A DNA stretch of 52,804 bases, taken from positions 1 through 52,804 of the IMG/VR virus record IMGVR_UViG_3300030098_003801; one strand, given 5' to 3'. Shown piece after piece: positions 16,096 through 27,700 of the stretch (its first letter is position 1; every line of letters starts with the position of its first letter). Below the pieces are notes generated by a model, which was not told where the DNA came from, did no database searches, and worked only from the letters and a program-made list of their open reading frames with translations. The translations under genes were made by a program, and so were the position numbers. Origin of the DNA: a virus (Duplodnaviria > Caudoviricetes).

Positions 16096-17093
16096 TAAAC
16101 GAAATACATTCTAGTGTGAAGGGCAAGATTGACCTAAGCCTTCACTCACCGTACAACCTGATCATCGGCCGCAACGGTTCGGGCAAGAGCGCCATCATGC
16201 ACTCCATCGAACTGGCTGCCTTCGACACCGCCTTCGATGCGGCGGGCAAAGATGTGAAGCAGAAGAGCGCGCTCGAACGCCTAGCCCCGAGGGGCAGGGA
16301 GTTGTACTCGACCTTGGATGTGGACGGCGAGGAGGTCTCGTGGGGTGACCGCAGCGACCGCTTCGACAACGTCGTCGCTATGGCGATGCGCGCCATGACC
16401 GGCAGTGGCGCCGCGCTCATCGAGTTTCTGTTGGAGCATCTCGACGATGACGACCACCCGATTGACCTCGACATCCCCGGCTGGCAGGCTCGCGTCAAGC
16501 ACCACGGCTCGTACCGTAAGGCCCTGCTGGAGATGTCGCGCGCCGTGTCCTCCGCCATCCGCAGCCACCAGTCTAGGCTGCGCGAGTTGAAGGTGGTGCA
16601 GAGCTTCTTCGATGAGCACTACGACACCTCGCAGCTTCCTCTGGGAGTGATGAACGACAAGTCGGGGCTCGAGGACGACATCCGGCACGCCAAGGAGTTG
16701 AAGCAGCAGATTGACGCCGAGGCGCTGAAGTTTGTTCGGGGCTCCTTTGCTTCTGTAGAGGCGCACATCAACAGGTACCTGCCCGAAGAGATGGGCCGCG
16801 CAGAGTTCTGCGACATCTCGGACAAGGAGTTTCGCCTGTCTCTCAACGGCACGGCGGTGATCCCCTCGGGCGTAGAGACTGTCGCGCTCGCAGTGGCGCT
16901 AGCTGGAGCCCTGTTGAGTGGGCCCCGCGCGCTGTTCCTTCTGCCCGATAGGGCCTATGACCCGGTGACTTTGGGGTGGCTTATGCGCGCCCTTAGAAAT
17001 GTGGAGTGCGCGGGTGCATTCGTGCAGACGACCGTGTTACCGGAGGGCTATGACTTTATGTCCCTTGGGTGGGACTTGGTGAGGGTGTCATGA
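16092..17093 (+). CDS. ABC/SMC-like (Rad50/RecF-type) ATPase with short coiled coil
   Basis: NLIIGRNGSGKS Walker A; PSGVE signature-like; degenerate Walker B region LFLLPDRAYD. Confidence 0.7.
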   Translation: MINEIHSSVKGKIDLSLHSPYNLIIGRNGSGKSAIMHSIELAAFDTAFDAAGKDVKQKSALERLAPRGRELYSTLDVDGEEVSWGDRSDRFDNVVAMAMRAMTGSGAALIEFLLEHLDDDDHPIDLDIPGWQARVKHHGSYRKALLEMSRAVSSAIRSHQSRLRELKVVQSFFDEHYDTSQLPLGVMNDKSGLEDDIRHAKELKQQIDAEALKFVRGSFASVEAHINRYLPEEMGRAEFCDISDKEFRLSLNGTAVIPSGVETVALAVALAGALLSGPRALFLLPDRAYDPVTLGWLMRALRNVECAGAFVQTTVLPEGYDFMSLGWDLVRVS

Positions 17094-17677
17094 AAGTTTG
17101 TCCCGTTGGTTTGCATCCTGCGGAGGTCGGGAGCACCCGTCTTCGCGCTCGGATCCTTCAGGCCCTGCCGGTGTGGTGGGGATACAAGTACGGCCACAAG
17201 GTGGACTACCCGCCTCACATCCCCGGCATCCCGAGCACGCTTATCCGCACGGGGACGAGAGAGATCGACTGCTCCACCTTCACCTACGGGCTGCTAGCGA
17301 CCGTCTACCCCAAAGCAGACTGGGGCTTTGAGAGGTACAAGAAGTGGCAGATGTGGGGCAGAGATGACCTGTACGGCCCCCTGACCACAGCCGATGAGCT
17401 TGGCATCACCACCCAAGGCCGGGGCAATGGGTGGTATCTCTATCAGAAGTGGGAGAAGCCTTGGGAGGGCGGCCACTCTTTCCTCGCGCTGAAGCGTGGA
17501 GACCTGCTTTTGGTTCTCGAGGCCACCACGCTGTCGTCGATGTCGGGCGTGATCTGGCGCAACATCTGCAAGGTTGGAGAGGTCGATAGCTTCGACATCT
17601 TGCCTTCGGAGTGGTCGGGCACCGAGGAGCAGATCCTCGATGGCGCCGAGTTCCGTTGCGTCAGACTACGGGGATGA
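17090..17677 (+). CDS. NlpC/P60- or CHAP-like cysteine hydrolase, possible endolysin
   Basis: YKYG...IDCSTFT...GHS...LEA catalytic pattern. Confidence 0.6.
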   Translation: MKVCPVGLHPAEVGSTRLRARILQALPVWWGYKYGHKVDYPPHIPGIPSTLIRTGTREIDCSTFTYGLLATVYPKADWGFERYKKWQMWGRDDLYGPLTTADELGITTQGRGNGWYLYQKWEKPWEGGHSFLALKRGDLLLVLEATTLSSMSGVIWRNICKVGEVDSFDILPSEWSGTEEQILDGAEFRCVRLRG

Positions 17678-18040
17678 GCCGTACAGCAGGGCGATGTCAA
17701 CGGCACTGGATGTCGCTGACGGGGTGCCCGTGTTGGCCTGCGTAGTCGTCACGATGTACGAGAAGTAGCCAATCTCCGTGCCCGCGGGGAACATGAAGTG
17801 CTGCTTCGTCGATGCCTCTGCCTTGAGGGTCATCATCGGTGCGTTGCTGGCGTGGGCCGGCGATGCTGCGTTGTACACCTTGACGTAGGTAGCCGCGCTG
17901 TTGGCAGTGTTGTCTACCTCAATCTGGTAGGCAGTCACAGCAGTGTCTGACAGCGGGTTGTTCACGGCGCTCGCGTTGGAGATCGTCGCAGTGTATACGC
18001 TGCCGCCGATGGGATTAAGAAGGGGTTGAATCTGCGCCAT
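17666..18040 (-). CDS. Putative virion protein, 124 aa
   Basis: Ala/Thr/Ser-rich; resembles its neighbour 18049-18426. Confidence 0.65.
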   Translation of the reverse strand: MAQIQPLLNPIGGSVYTATISNASAVNNPLSDTAVTAYQIEVDNTANSAATYVKVYNAASPAHASNAPMMTLKAEASTKQHFMFPAGTEIGYFSYIVTTTQANTGTPSATSSAVDIALLYGSSP

Positions 18041-18048
18041 CAGTTACC

Positions 18049-18426
18049 TCACTTAAAAACCATCTGAATGCTTAGGGTGCGCGCCGGGCTGCTGCCGGCG
18101 GCAGTGCCGCCAGTGTTGCTCGCGTTGTACCCCAAGCCGTTTGAAATCGTCAGCCCATCGGGGAAGTGGAAGATCTCCGTGGCCCCGTAGGTGATTGGAA
18201 AGATGAAGTCTGGCAGCGTTGTGCCGACGGTGACCTGCTCCTTGGTGTCAAAGAGCTTCAGGTAGTCGAAGCTGCCCGACGATGCGCCGCCGCTGCTCGA
18301 AACGTACAAGAAGTAAAGCTTGCCGCTTGTGCCGAAGGCGTCGCTGACCGCAGTGGTGCTGGTCAACGAATCTACAAGCTGGCTGTAGTCTACCCGAGTA
18401 GACTGTTTATTGACTGTGGCGGCCAT
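18049..18426 (-). CDS. Putative virion protein, 125 aa
   Basis: Ser/Thr/Gly-rich; YLKLFD...FHFPDG. Confidence 0.65.
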   Translation of the reverse strand: MAATVNKQSTRVDYSQLVDSLTSTTAVSDAFGTSGKLYFLYVSSSGGASSGSFDYLKLFDTKEQVTVGTTLPDFIFPITYGATEIFHFPDGLTISNGLGYNASNTGGTAAGSSPARTLSIQMVFK

Positions 18427-18429
18427 CTA

Positions 18430-18612
18430 TCACCCCATGATCTCGTCAAGGTATGAACTAATCTCTTCCAAAAGAACTGCGATGATCACGTCCCGCTCAC
18501 GGTCGCTGATCTTGCCATCGTCCGACAAAGCGCCAGTAACCTCGCGGCCAACCCGAAGGATGCGCGAAGCAAGTGCGAAGATGTTGAATCCCTTCTTACC
18601 TTTCTTTCCCAT
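18430..18612 (-). CDS. Hypothetical protein, 60 aa
   Basis: GGAG RBS before MGKKGKKG; ALSDDGKISDRE. Confidence 0.6.
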   Translation of the reverse strand: MGKKGKKGFNIFALASRILRVGREVTGALSDDGKISDRERDVIIAVLLEEISSYLDEIMG

Positions 18613-19768
18613 GTCGTTCTCCGATAATCTGTTTCCAGCCGGTCTCAAAAGCAATGCGCTCGAAGGGGTCATGTCCCTCAAAGACTTGGCCGTCCCATAC
18701 GATCCGGCCATTAGTGATTGGAAGTAACTGCATATGAACATCATTCGTGTTCTCGTCAAGTATAGCTAGTCCGACCGCTTGTTGCCAGTCGGGAGTTAAA
18801 GAAACACCCGGTGTCGGCCCCGGAACGCGCACAAGACATCCGGGGCTTAGGCAGGTCACAGTCTGCGGACCGTTGGGACCGTGAAAGGTTTTCTGCACCA
18901 TCTCTACTTTGTGGATGTGGCCGTAGACTTCAGACCACCTCGAGCTTTTCGCGATGGCTGTCGCCGTGCTTCCGGCCCCGGACCTGACCTTGGTGCCGTG
19001 GGTAACCCTGACCGGAGAGTTCGATTCTGGCCACAGCCACCAGTCCGCACCGTAGGGTCCGATGTAGTCGATGTCTAGCTTGTCAAGGTGGAGCAGCCTG
19101 TTGAGGCTCAACACTGGGTCGTGCTCCAGAGCCGGGGCCACGCCCGCAGCCTCGGGCAGCAACTCGACGACCGCCTTGTCGATACGCTCTTCGTGATTGC
19201 CGGCCATGTACAGCACCTTGCTGGAGGGTGTGGCACTTCGCAGGTCAGCCAGCCACCAGTGAAGCTCGTCGATGCTCGGCTGCGTCGTCTGGCGGTACTC
19301 CGGCTTGCGGGGGAAGCGGGTACTCCACGGGGCTAGGTCGAGCATATCGCCCAGCAAAACTACGTTCTCGGGACGCATGTGTTTCGCCAAAGATATGACG
19401 GCATCCATCGCAACCCTATCGTGCATGGGCTCGAGGTACGTGTACCTATCTCTCCAGCAAAAGCCTAGCTGCAAATCAGGTATGAACAGCGTAGTGCGCA
19501 TGCCAGAGATGCGGGGCGCCATGCTCTCGATGCGGGGGATCACCCTCGCTGGGTGCGCAGGCTGCCGGTCAGGCTCAAGCTTGCGCTCAAGGTTAGCCTT
19601 CACCTGATACAGGGTGATCGTCTCTTCGCCGCCCTTGACGCTTTGTTCCCATGAGTTGCAGCGCCACGATGCGACGCGCCACTTCTTAGTGTCCACATTC
19701 GCGTGCTTCAGCAACTGCTTCAGCGTCTTCACGCGCCTCCCCTGCGCGCTTACGGTTACCTCTTCCAT
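18596..19768 (-). CDS. Calcineurin-like metallophosphoesterase
   Basis: PDLQ, GDMLD, GNHE, THG and GHIH motifs. Confidence 0.88.
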   Translation of the reverse strand: MEEVTVSAQGRRVKTLKQLLKHANVDTKKWRVASWRCNSWEQSVKGGEETITLYQVKANLERKLEPDRQPAHPARVIPRIESMAPRISGMRTTLFIPDLQLGFCWRDRYTYLEPMHDRVAMDAVISLAKHMRPENVVLLGDMLDLAPWSTRFPRKPEYRQTTQPSIDELHWWLADLRSATPSSKVLYMAGNHEERIDKAVVELLPEAAGVAPALEHDPVLSLNRLLHLDKLDIDYIGPYGADWWLWPESNSPVRVTHGTKVRSGAGSTATAIAKSSRWSEVYGHIHKVEMVQKTFHGPNGPQTVTCLSPGCLVRVPGPTPGVSLTPDWQQAVGLAILDENTNDVHMQLLPITNGRIVWDGQVFEGHDPFERIAFETGWKQIIGERHGKER

Positions 19769-20374
19769 CTACGGAACGGTGGCTCCGGCGAGCAGCGCCT
19801 CGATGTCATCCAACTCGTCACGCTGTAGCACCCTAGTTGGGCCGCCCTTCCCGCCGGTTGGCACCTTGGGCTTAGGGGTTGCCGCCGGCACTTCCGCTTC
19901 TCCGGCCGCCCTCTGCGCTCCGGCAAGGTTGATGTTGGTAAGGGCATCAACCAAGCCCGCGCTGGGTGCGCCGCTGGGTGCGGGGGCTGCTCCCCCGGCG
20001 TCTTTGGGCTTGGTCACAAGCTTTCTGACGGTCTCGTCAAACATGCTCTTGCCCTCTTTGTTCTTGACAGACCGAAGCGCGGCCACCTTTTTCGCGGTGT
20101 CCCCCTCTGGCTGACAGGCTTTCGTAGCCGGATTGTACACATAGCCTGCGGGGCACTTTTCCCCTCCCCTGCCGGGGATGTCGTCTTCCTGTGTTTGCGA
20201 GTATGCGCCCAAGCCACCGCCAAGCAAGCCTATAAGGCCGCCAATCAACGCGCCGGCTCCCGCAGTGAGGGGACCGCCCGCCGCGGTTATGGCCGCCCCA
20301 GTCTGCGCTCCGGCGGCGGCGCCGCTAAGACCGCCTGTTGCCGCGCCCGCTCCTACCTTCGCCGCGTCTGACAT
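19769..20374 (-). CDS. Glycine-zipper membrane-type protein, possible ejection/pilot protein
   Basis: N-terminal GxxxG repeats (GALIGGLIGLLGGGLG). Confidence 0.55.
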   Translation of the reverse strand: MSDAAKVGAGAATGGLSGAAAGAQTGAAITAAGGPLTAGAGALIGGLIGLLGGGLGAYSQTQEDDIPGRGGEKCPAGYVYNPATKACQPEGDTAKKVAALRSVKNKEGKSMFDETVRKLVTKPKDAGGAAPAPSGAPSAGLVDALTNINLAGAQRAAGEAEVPAATPKPKVPTGGKGGPTRVLQRDELDDIEALLAGATVP

Positions 20375-20385
20375 CCCGCCTCCGA

Positions 20386-20952
20386 CTAGGCTACAGGCTC
20401 AATCTCGAAACGAACCTTGCAGAAGATTGTCACCCCCGGAGCCATGTTGGCGTCTCCGATCCAAGTGAAAAAAATGGTTCCCGTTCCCGCCACAGGCCCC
20501 AGTGTGTCGCCGGAAATATCGTAGAAGACACCCGAGGGTCCGCCGCCTGATGCGCCTGATGAGGATGAGCCAGTTTTCTGGCCGGGAGCAAAATCTAAGG
20601 CGGGAGCCCAAGCGTAGACACTGCTGCCGATCTCTAGGTTACCACCGTACTGGTCCGCATCGCCGGGGTTCAGCGCGGATTGGGCAAAAATCGTTTGGGC
20701 GTCAGCAGAAGTAAGGCGCGTAGTTCCCGCGCCAGCCCCCGCAGCGCACGCGGTGTGGAGATAAACGCCACTAGCATTCTGGGTTAGCCCGAAGGCGCTC
20801 GACCGCCCCCAGAGCAGAGAAACCCGATGGATAAAGCCGCGAGTCGGTACCGTGACCGCAACCGTAACCATGTCCCCTTGTGCGTTGGGAACGTCGTCGG
20901 TCGCGATTGTGGCCTCGGCAATAACCCGAGAGGTCTGTGTTGAGCGTGGCAT
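20386..20952 (-). CDS. Putative virion protein, 188 aa
   Basis: ORF in the late operon, Gly/Ala/Ser-rich. Confidence 0.65.
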   Translation of the reverse strand: MPRSTQTSRVIAEATIATDDVPNAQGDMVTVAVTVPTRGFIHRVSLLWGRSSAFGLTQNASGVYLHTACAAGAGAGTTRLTSADAQTIFAQSALNPGDADQYGGNLEIGSSVYAWAPALDFAPGQKTGSSSSGASGGGPSGVFYDISGDTLGPVAGTGTIFFTWIGDANMAPGVTIFCKVRFEIEPVA

Positions 20953-20962
20953 TCAGCCCCCC

Positions 20963-21427
20963 TTATTCAAGGACCGGGGCGTCGTTGGTAAACAGGACCG
21001 CACCATCACCCGAAGCGGCGCCCGTGGCGTTGGTGACGACGGTTCCGATGGCGCGCACAACAGTGCTTGCGCCACTCGGCTTGGTAAGAGTCATTGCCCC
21101 CGCCGTTGCCGCGGAGAGGTACACCTCATTGCCCGCGCCGCCGGTCGCGACATCGTTGTTGAGCCCGGTCACCAGCTTCCAAGGAAGAACCACGCCGTAC
21201 CCGTTATTGGGGATCGCGTGCTTTGTGATGTGAAGCCTTCCCGCTGCCGTGCTGGCCTGAGTCGCGTCAGCCTTTGCGATGGTCACAAACGGCCCCGTGC
21301 TGCCGGAGGCGTACACAACAGTATCGGCCGCGATTTCCGCACCGGAGTTGTTGAGGACTTTGACGCCCTCTGCATAGTTGAAGTCGCGGCCTGCTTTGAT
21401 GAGGCGCTGCTTGAGATTGCCAGCCAT
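20963..21427 (-). CDS. Putative capsid decoration/fibre-like protein
   Basis: AGNEVYLSAATAGAMTLTKPS...RAIGTV pattern seen in small beta-rich virion proteins. Confidence 0.6.
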   Translation of the reverse strand: MAGNLKQRLIKAGRDFNYAEGVKVLNNSGAEIAADTVVYASGSTGPFVTIAKADATQASTAAGRLHITKHAIPNNGYGVVLPWKLVTGLNNDVATGGAGNEVYLSAATAGAMTLTKPSGASTVVRAIGTVVTNATGAASGDGAVLFTNDAPVLE

Positions 21428-21477
21428 TTAGTGTCTCCTATAGACTATCCAAAGCGGATGTAGAGTGTATAAAGGGA

Positions 21478-21783
21478 TTAAGGAACTATGTCAAGGGCCG
21501 CAGGTGAAGCCGCAGCCGGGTGCAGCGCCATTGTGGCAAGCTGCATGGTGTCGTGTCCTAAGAGTCCGCCGAGAATAACAAGTCCCAGCAGAAGTGTTTG
21601 GGGGTTCTTGAGCGCGCTGGCCCAGTTTGTCTGGCTCTGCTTACACATCTCCGTAAGCTGCGCCTCAATGCGGTCGAGCGTCTTGACAGAGTGCTTCTGC
21701 TCGTTCTGAACGATGGCGAGAGTCTCGCGAATGCCGACAACCTGATCTTCTAAAGCCGTTACTCTGTGGTCTAGGTCGGACAT
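21478..21783 (-). CDS. Coiled-coil plus single-TM protein, holin-like candidate
   Basis: RVTALE...LDRIE coiled coil followed by LLLGLVILGGLLG. Confidence 0.5.
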   Translation of the reverse strand: MSDLDHRVTALEDQVVGIRETLAIVQNEQKHSVKTLDRIEAQLTEMCKQSQTNWASALKNPQTLLLGLVILGGLLGHDTMQLATMALHPAAASPAALDIVP

Positions 21784-24700
21784 TATTCTGATTCCTCTTT
21801 CTTTTCTGCCTTGTAGTCTGATTCCGCAAGGTCGCTTCGGCCCTGCATGGCGGCCTTGCGGCGCTTATGCGTATACTGGGCCTGCTGGAGTTCCCAGCTT
21901 ATGTTTCGAGTAGGGTTAAACATGTTGATGTATGTAACCTTTGCTAACTCATCCGCAGCCGCAATGCGAATGCCCGCGGGCCCGGTATCTTTATACTTAT
22001 CAAAGTCGATGCCCAACTCTTCAATCTTCAGGGGGAATCCGGGCTCGTAAACTTGTTGCTTGACCTTGACCTCTTCGGGCGTCAAGGGCATCTCCCCGAA
22101 GATTGTTGTTAGCAACAGGCCCGCGTACTCGGTTTCTTTTCCAGCCCAAGCGAGGGGGTCAAATAGTCCGTTGACAACAAACGGGCTGCTGGACACGTAC
22201 TTTTCTCCTCTCTTCTCCATAAGCCCTTCGAGCCCGAACATGCGAATGAAGGCCACCTCGCTCTCCTTCAAGGTGCGCGTTTCCTTTTTGCGGGGCACGT
22301 AAACACCGAAAGCCTGCTTAACGGTACTCCCTAAAATCGACTGATGCGTGGGGAACAGGGTGTCAAGAAACGCTCCCGAAAGGTCTCTCTTTGCCTGCGT
22401 GCTATTGAAGTGGAGGTCTCCCACAAAAGCCGCCGCAAGGCCCCCAATGATAGTCTTCTGCATCAGGGCAAACGTGTTCATGTTCTGCGCTACCGCCCAC
22501 GGGGCCCCGTGTCCGATGCTGAACGCGGTAGGCGTTGACCCCTCCTCTATCATACGGCGCTGCTGGTCTAGTGAGAGGGCCCCGCGCTGCGTCAGCATTA
22601 CATTGGTCAGATAGTCAGGCGTCTTGTAAATGCCCGGCCGTTTTTCAAGCGGGGGCTCCGCGCCCTCCAGTGTCATCACCACCTTGCCCGCCACATCCTG
22701 ACGGGGCCGCAAGATTGTTTCCATATGGAACAGCGCGCGCGCTCGCTTGTACCTTGTGCCAAACACCATTTTGTTGGTCAGGTGTCTGGCAAGTTGCCGG
22801 TCGAAACTAAGAAAGTTCACCGCGTCATTCAATAGCGCGTTCTTCTTGTAAGTGTAGAAGGCCGACCACTGCGTAAGCACCGCCGCCTCAAAGGGGCTCG
22901 TACTAAGGGTGTAGTCGAAGATGCTACTATTCATGGCGTCAGTAGCTTTGGATGTGTCCATTCCCTTGTTGAAGCGGAGGTGCATAAAGAGCATCAGCTT
23001 CTGCCTCCGAGTTGCAACAGCAGAGGTGGTGCGCAGGATGTCGAACCAATCTCGGTAAAGTTGCGCAGGGGTCGCTCCCTTCCGAGAGGCGCCAAGAGCG
23101 GGGATCATTCCCCTAAACTCTTGGTCTGCGGCGATGCGTAGTTCGCGCAAAGATTCGGAGCGAAGGTAGTCTTCGTTGACACCCGCTCTTCGCGCCTCCC
23201 GCATAAACTCACGAGGGTTGATGGTGAATGCCTCACCCCTTGAGTTGAAGTAGGTTCTTGTTTCATTCACGCCAGAGAGCACATCATCTAAGACCGCATT
23301 GTACTGCGACCCAAAGATGGTGGGCTCCGGCACTCCCGGCAGCTTGCCTGTAACTTTTGATGCGGCGGCGGTGGTCGAGCGTGCGACATCCTGCACCATC
23401 GGCCCGATCATAGGGACCCACCCCAAAGTTCCGTACATTGACAGTTGCGCGGCTTCCCTGTAGCCCACCTGAATGGCCATTCGCTCAAAGTCGCCCTGCG
23501 CATTGGTTAGGAAGAAGGCGACGGAGCGCAGCCCGCTGATACCAAACAACACGCTCTGCTTCCACCAACTAAGCGCGCCCCTAAAGGTTTGTCCGATGGC
23601 GGCCGCGAGAGGGTTGGTCGCCCTTTTTCCTGAAAGGGTAATGTCCAGTTTTTTGGCATTGTTCGCCAACTCTTTTGCCCACGCCCCCAACTCGACTTTG
23701 GGGATGATCCTCGGGTTGCCCGCCTCGTCATAGGAGTGCAGGACAAAGCGAACGTATCTATCTCGGGGCCGCAGCCAATCTAGTACGTTCTTTCCGGGGA
23801 TGTCCACGTCGCGCATCAAGTTCAAGCCATACACTAGATACCCGTCGATTAAGTCGAGGGTGCTTAGCTCGGCGCCAAACCTTGAAAGATCATCAAGGTT
23901 GTAAACCGACGTTTCACCAAACACATCCATGACCGTGACGACTGTGCGCTTGCCCTTCTTTTCGATCTTTAGAACCTCTAAACTAAGCGGAAACTCTGTT
24001 GCCTCCGCCGACTCAAGACCAAACTGCGGCCCTCGAGTTGCGCCCTCCACATCTTCAAACGCTCCTCTTGTCTTTTCCAGCCCCTCGCCTTCAACAGGCT
24101 TTCCTGCCAGCACGCGACGAACAGGGTCGATGCCCCTGTCTGGCGCTCCCTCCCACCGTTGGTCCGATCGAAGAACAACCCGGTCCCCTACCTCGATCGT
24201 CTCTCTTCGGGGCAGCACGCTCTTGCCCTCCGCCCCCGCCTCGGGCCTTCCAATCCGACTCTCCATTGCCCGCAAGTTGCGGATGCCGACATTGGGGCCG
24301 GCAAAGTTCGCCGCACGCTTAGCAAACTCAAACTCGGTCGCGCCGCCCACAATGTTGTCAAGCATTAGCCCAAACGTCTTGTTCTCCACAGTAAGAACTG
24401 CACCCGGCAAATCGTCGATGGGGCCGCGAGTAAACTTGCCTACGCCATTTTTTATCAAAGAATCGATGGCGCCATTTGCGAGCATTCTCAACCTTTCTTC
24501 CGGGTCGGCAGTCCGCAAGATGGCCTGTGAGTTTGTAATCGTCTCGTCTGCCTTCGAGGGTTTGTTGAGCCAGCGGCCGAACGTGACAGTTGCATTTCCA
24601 ACCCTTTTCGCCGGGCCCGCGTCTACCGCTTCTCGCACAAACGATGCTACAAACGCGAACATGCTTTCGGATTTTTCGCTGTATATTTTGGTAAGTTCTT

Positions 24701-27700
24701 CGGATTCCAAACCCTTTTTAGGCTTAACAAATGTGCGCCCCACGTCAGCCCAGCCTTCGATGGCAAGGTTGAGGATGTTTTGATTCAGGTCTCCGCCGAG
24801 TTGATTGCTGCCAATATCGACGTTCTTCCGCGGCCCGCCCAGCTCAATGCGATTTTGCGTACCAACAAACTCAACAGCCTTGGCCTTAGCGAGCGGGGCC
24901 CCTGACTCGGCCTTGCCGGAGAAGTGCTTGGCAATCATGCCGAGGTCGCCCATCCAAGCGGAGGCTTCTCTCGCGGTGCCGTTGCCGATTTCTTGGAGCC
25001 TCGCCGCAAAGCGTCCGCCCAAAACGCCCACCCGAGTTGTGGCTAGGCCGGACATCTCTACAAGGTCCGCCACAAGCCGCAGCCCCTGCTGTGTGATAAA
25101 GAGGGGGTCAGTAAAAAACTCCGCCAAACTTCCGTACTTACCGCCCGACGTGAGGTACTTGTTTTTCATTTGGGAGAAAGAGTTCCAGATCTGCCTGTAG
25201 CCCCGGAGTTGGGCCTCCCCGCTTTCCGCCAAAGCCAAGAAGCTCATCGCGATGCGGCGCCCGGCATCGCCGCTGCCCGCAAGCACTGCGAGCGGGTCAG
25301 AAGTTTTAGTGGCTATCTCTAGCAGCGCCGCGGTTTTCTCGGGCTCTGCCGCCATGATTTCCCCTGTGACCTTCCCCCCTTGGTAGAACAGTTCTTTCGC
25401 AAGGCGCTGCCCCTCGGGTGTAGTCAATGTCTCGGCCGCGCCTCTAAGGGCGCTGGCGGTTTCTTGCATCGCCTCTAGTAAGTCATTGGTTCCAGTAAGG
25501 AGGCTGCTTCGGGGCGGTCCCTCTGCGAGAACCTCCGAAAGCCTCTCCGATATTTTCAGCTTATTCTCGGCCTCGACAAGCGCGCCCGTTGCGGCTCGCA
25601 CTTGATCGTCGGCTGACTTGAGGTTTGTTTGGATAACATCGACAATCTTGGCCCAGTCGGCACTGCCTGCCGCCGCCCTTGCGGCCGTTGGAAACTGGTC
25701 TGCATATTCCGCAGCAAGAGCAACAAAACGCCTAAGCTCGCCGAGTGCTAAGAGATTTCCTAAAAACGCATCCTTCGCTACCGACTTCCACCCTACACCC
25801 TTTAATCGGCCAGTAGCCCCGTCGAGCCAATCCTCACCCTTGGCCGGTGTGCCTTTGAGGGTTGTGATAATCTCCTCGACCGCGGCTAGCCCGGCGGCTT
25901 GGTCTTCAGGGGTAACTCTTACTTTCCGAGATTTTTGGGCCTCCTCGACTTTGGAAATCAAATCGCGCAAGCGTGTGGTGGGAGGACCCCCTTTGGTCGC
26001 CGCAACAGTAACGTCTCCCGCTGCGGCCTCAAGGATATTGTTGATCGTCTGCTCGTCTGTAGACAGGTCCGAGTTGCGCAACAGCTTCCGCAACTTTTCA
26101 AGCCTATCGGACTGTGCCTTGAGAAGGTCTGCGCGCCTAACCCCTGTGCTCCTTAAAGGGGGCTCCGACGCGATCTTGTTTGTTTTGTTGCGGAGTGTTT
26201 TTATCGCGGCAGCGTCCCCTTCAGCCGCGCGCGCCAAAGTCGCGGCATCCGTCAGCGGGTCCAGCGCCGGGCTTCCGGCGGCCCATCCCCTAAAGGTGCC
26301 CACATCGCCCTTCAAGGGCTTGCTAGCGGTCGGCGCTCCCTCGAGTCCGGCGAGCACTTTCGCCTGCTCCGTGACGACATCCTCTTTAAGGGTCGCGTCA
26401 ATGGCGCGCTGCCCCAACCGAATCTCGGCGGCCGCCTCCTCCACCTCCGCAGACTTGAGAACCACTTGCGCATCGACAGCCAAAACCCCAGAGACTTTTT
26501 TCTCGGCGGCAGTCTGTGCGTCGGCAAGACCGTCCATCGCCTTATTCAGCGTTTCTTTGGATTTTTCAACTCTCTCCGCCGCCGCTACGTAGGCCCTGTT
26601 TTCTGCGGCGACAACATCCGCGATGTCTTCCGCACCCCTTCCGTTAAGCTTTCGTGCGCCCGAGTCTGCCACTTGCGCGGCGACCCACGAAAAGACGCCG
26701 GTTCCATCAGATTGTTTGAGCGCCTCAATCCTATTCAATAGGTCTTCCGCATCGGCCGCTCCCGCAAAAGCCTCATCAAGCTTGGTCGCCGCTTTCGTGA
26801 TGCGGCCCATAATCCTTGCGGCTCTGGGCACCCTTCCCCCAATGTAGCTACCCGCAATCCCAAGAACCCCCACCGAAGCAAACGATCCTTGCAGCGCATC
26901 AGGCTCAATCAGCATAGCGGCAAGCCGCGGCGAGCCCCCGCGCAACCCGGCAAGTACGGGACTAATCTCGTGCAACTCGGGGTAAAATATCCTTCCGGCG
27001 TAAACCAGCATGTTCCCCGCGGGGTCATAGTTGGTCGCCAGCGCAAGTGCTAGCTGGTCCGGGTCTTGGGCGATCTCTCCGGCCCGCTTCAAGACATAGG
27101 CCTTCCGCCCCTCCTTCGGGTCTTCTCCATTGTTGAGGAGCAGCCAGTCTTTGTACGCCTGCCAGTACGGCGCCGCCTGAAAAGTTGTGGGGGCGACGCG
27201 CATCAAGTCGTCCACCGCACGAGTCGGGCCGGCTTCGGCAAGCTGCTCCTTGTCCAGTGCGCCAAGGAGAAACTCAAGGCCACCCTCATCTGCAATGTCT
27301 TTTTCGTACCCTTCCGGGCCGGTAACCTTGCCCTCAATGGCCCGGACGGGCAGCGAGAGGGCGCCCACTTGCCGGGCATACGGCACTTCGCCGACCCCTC
27401 CGTAGGTCTGGCCCTCTAGGTAATCGACAAGAGAGTCGGAGTTTGAACTAAATACATACTGGCCTGCAAGCTCTGCGCGGATCCTCGCGATTTCCTCTGC
27501 AACAATACTTTGAACCTTGTCTTTTACGACCCGCCCCACCACCTCTGCGTATTCTTCCGGGGTGTCGGCCACGGAGCGCGGAACATCGAGGATTGAGCTA
27601 CCCTCTCTGTACGCCTTCATGGCGTCTTCTCTAACCTCCGCATTTGAACGGCCGCCCGTCACTTCGCTCTTTGCCGACAACTTAGTATTTTCGGCCACAG

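Noticed and set aside
5275-20563. Other CTGATGA matches (near 5275, 9857 and 20556)
   Set aside because: They lie inside coding regions and lack flanking stems and a correctly placed GAAA
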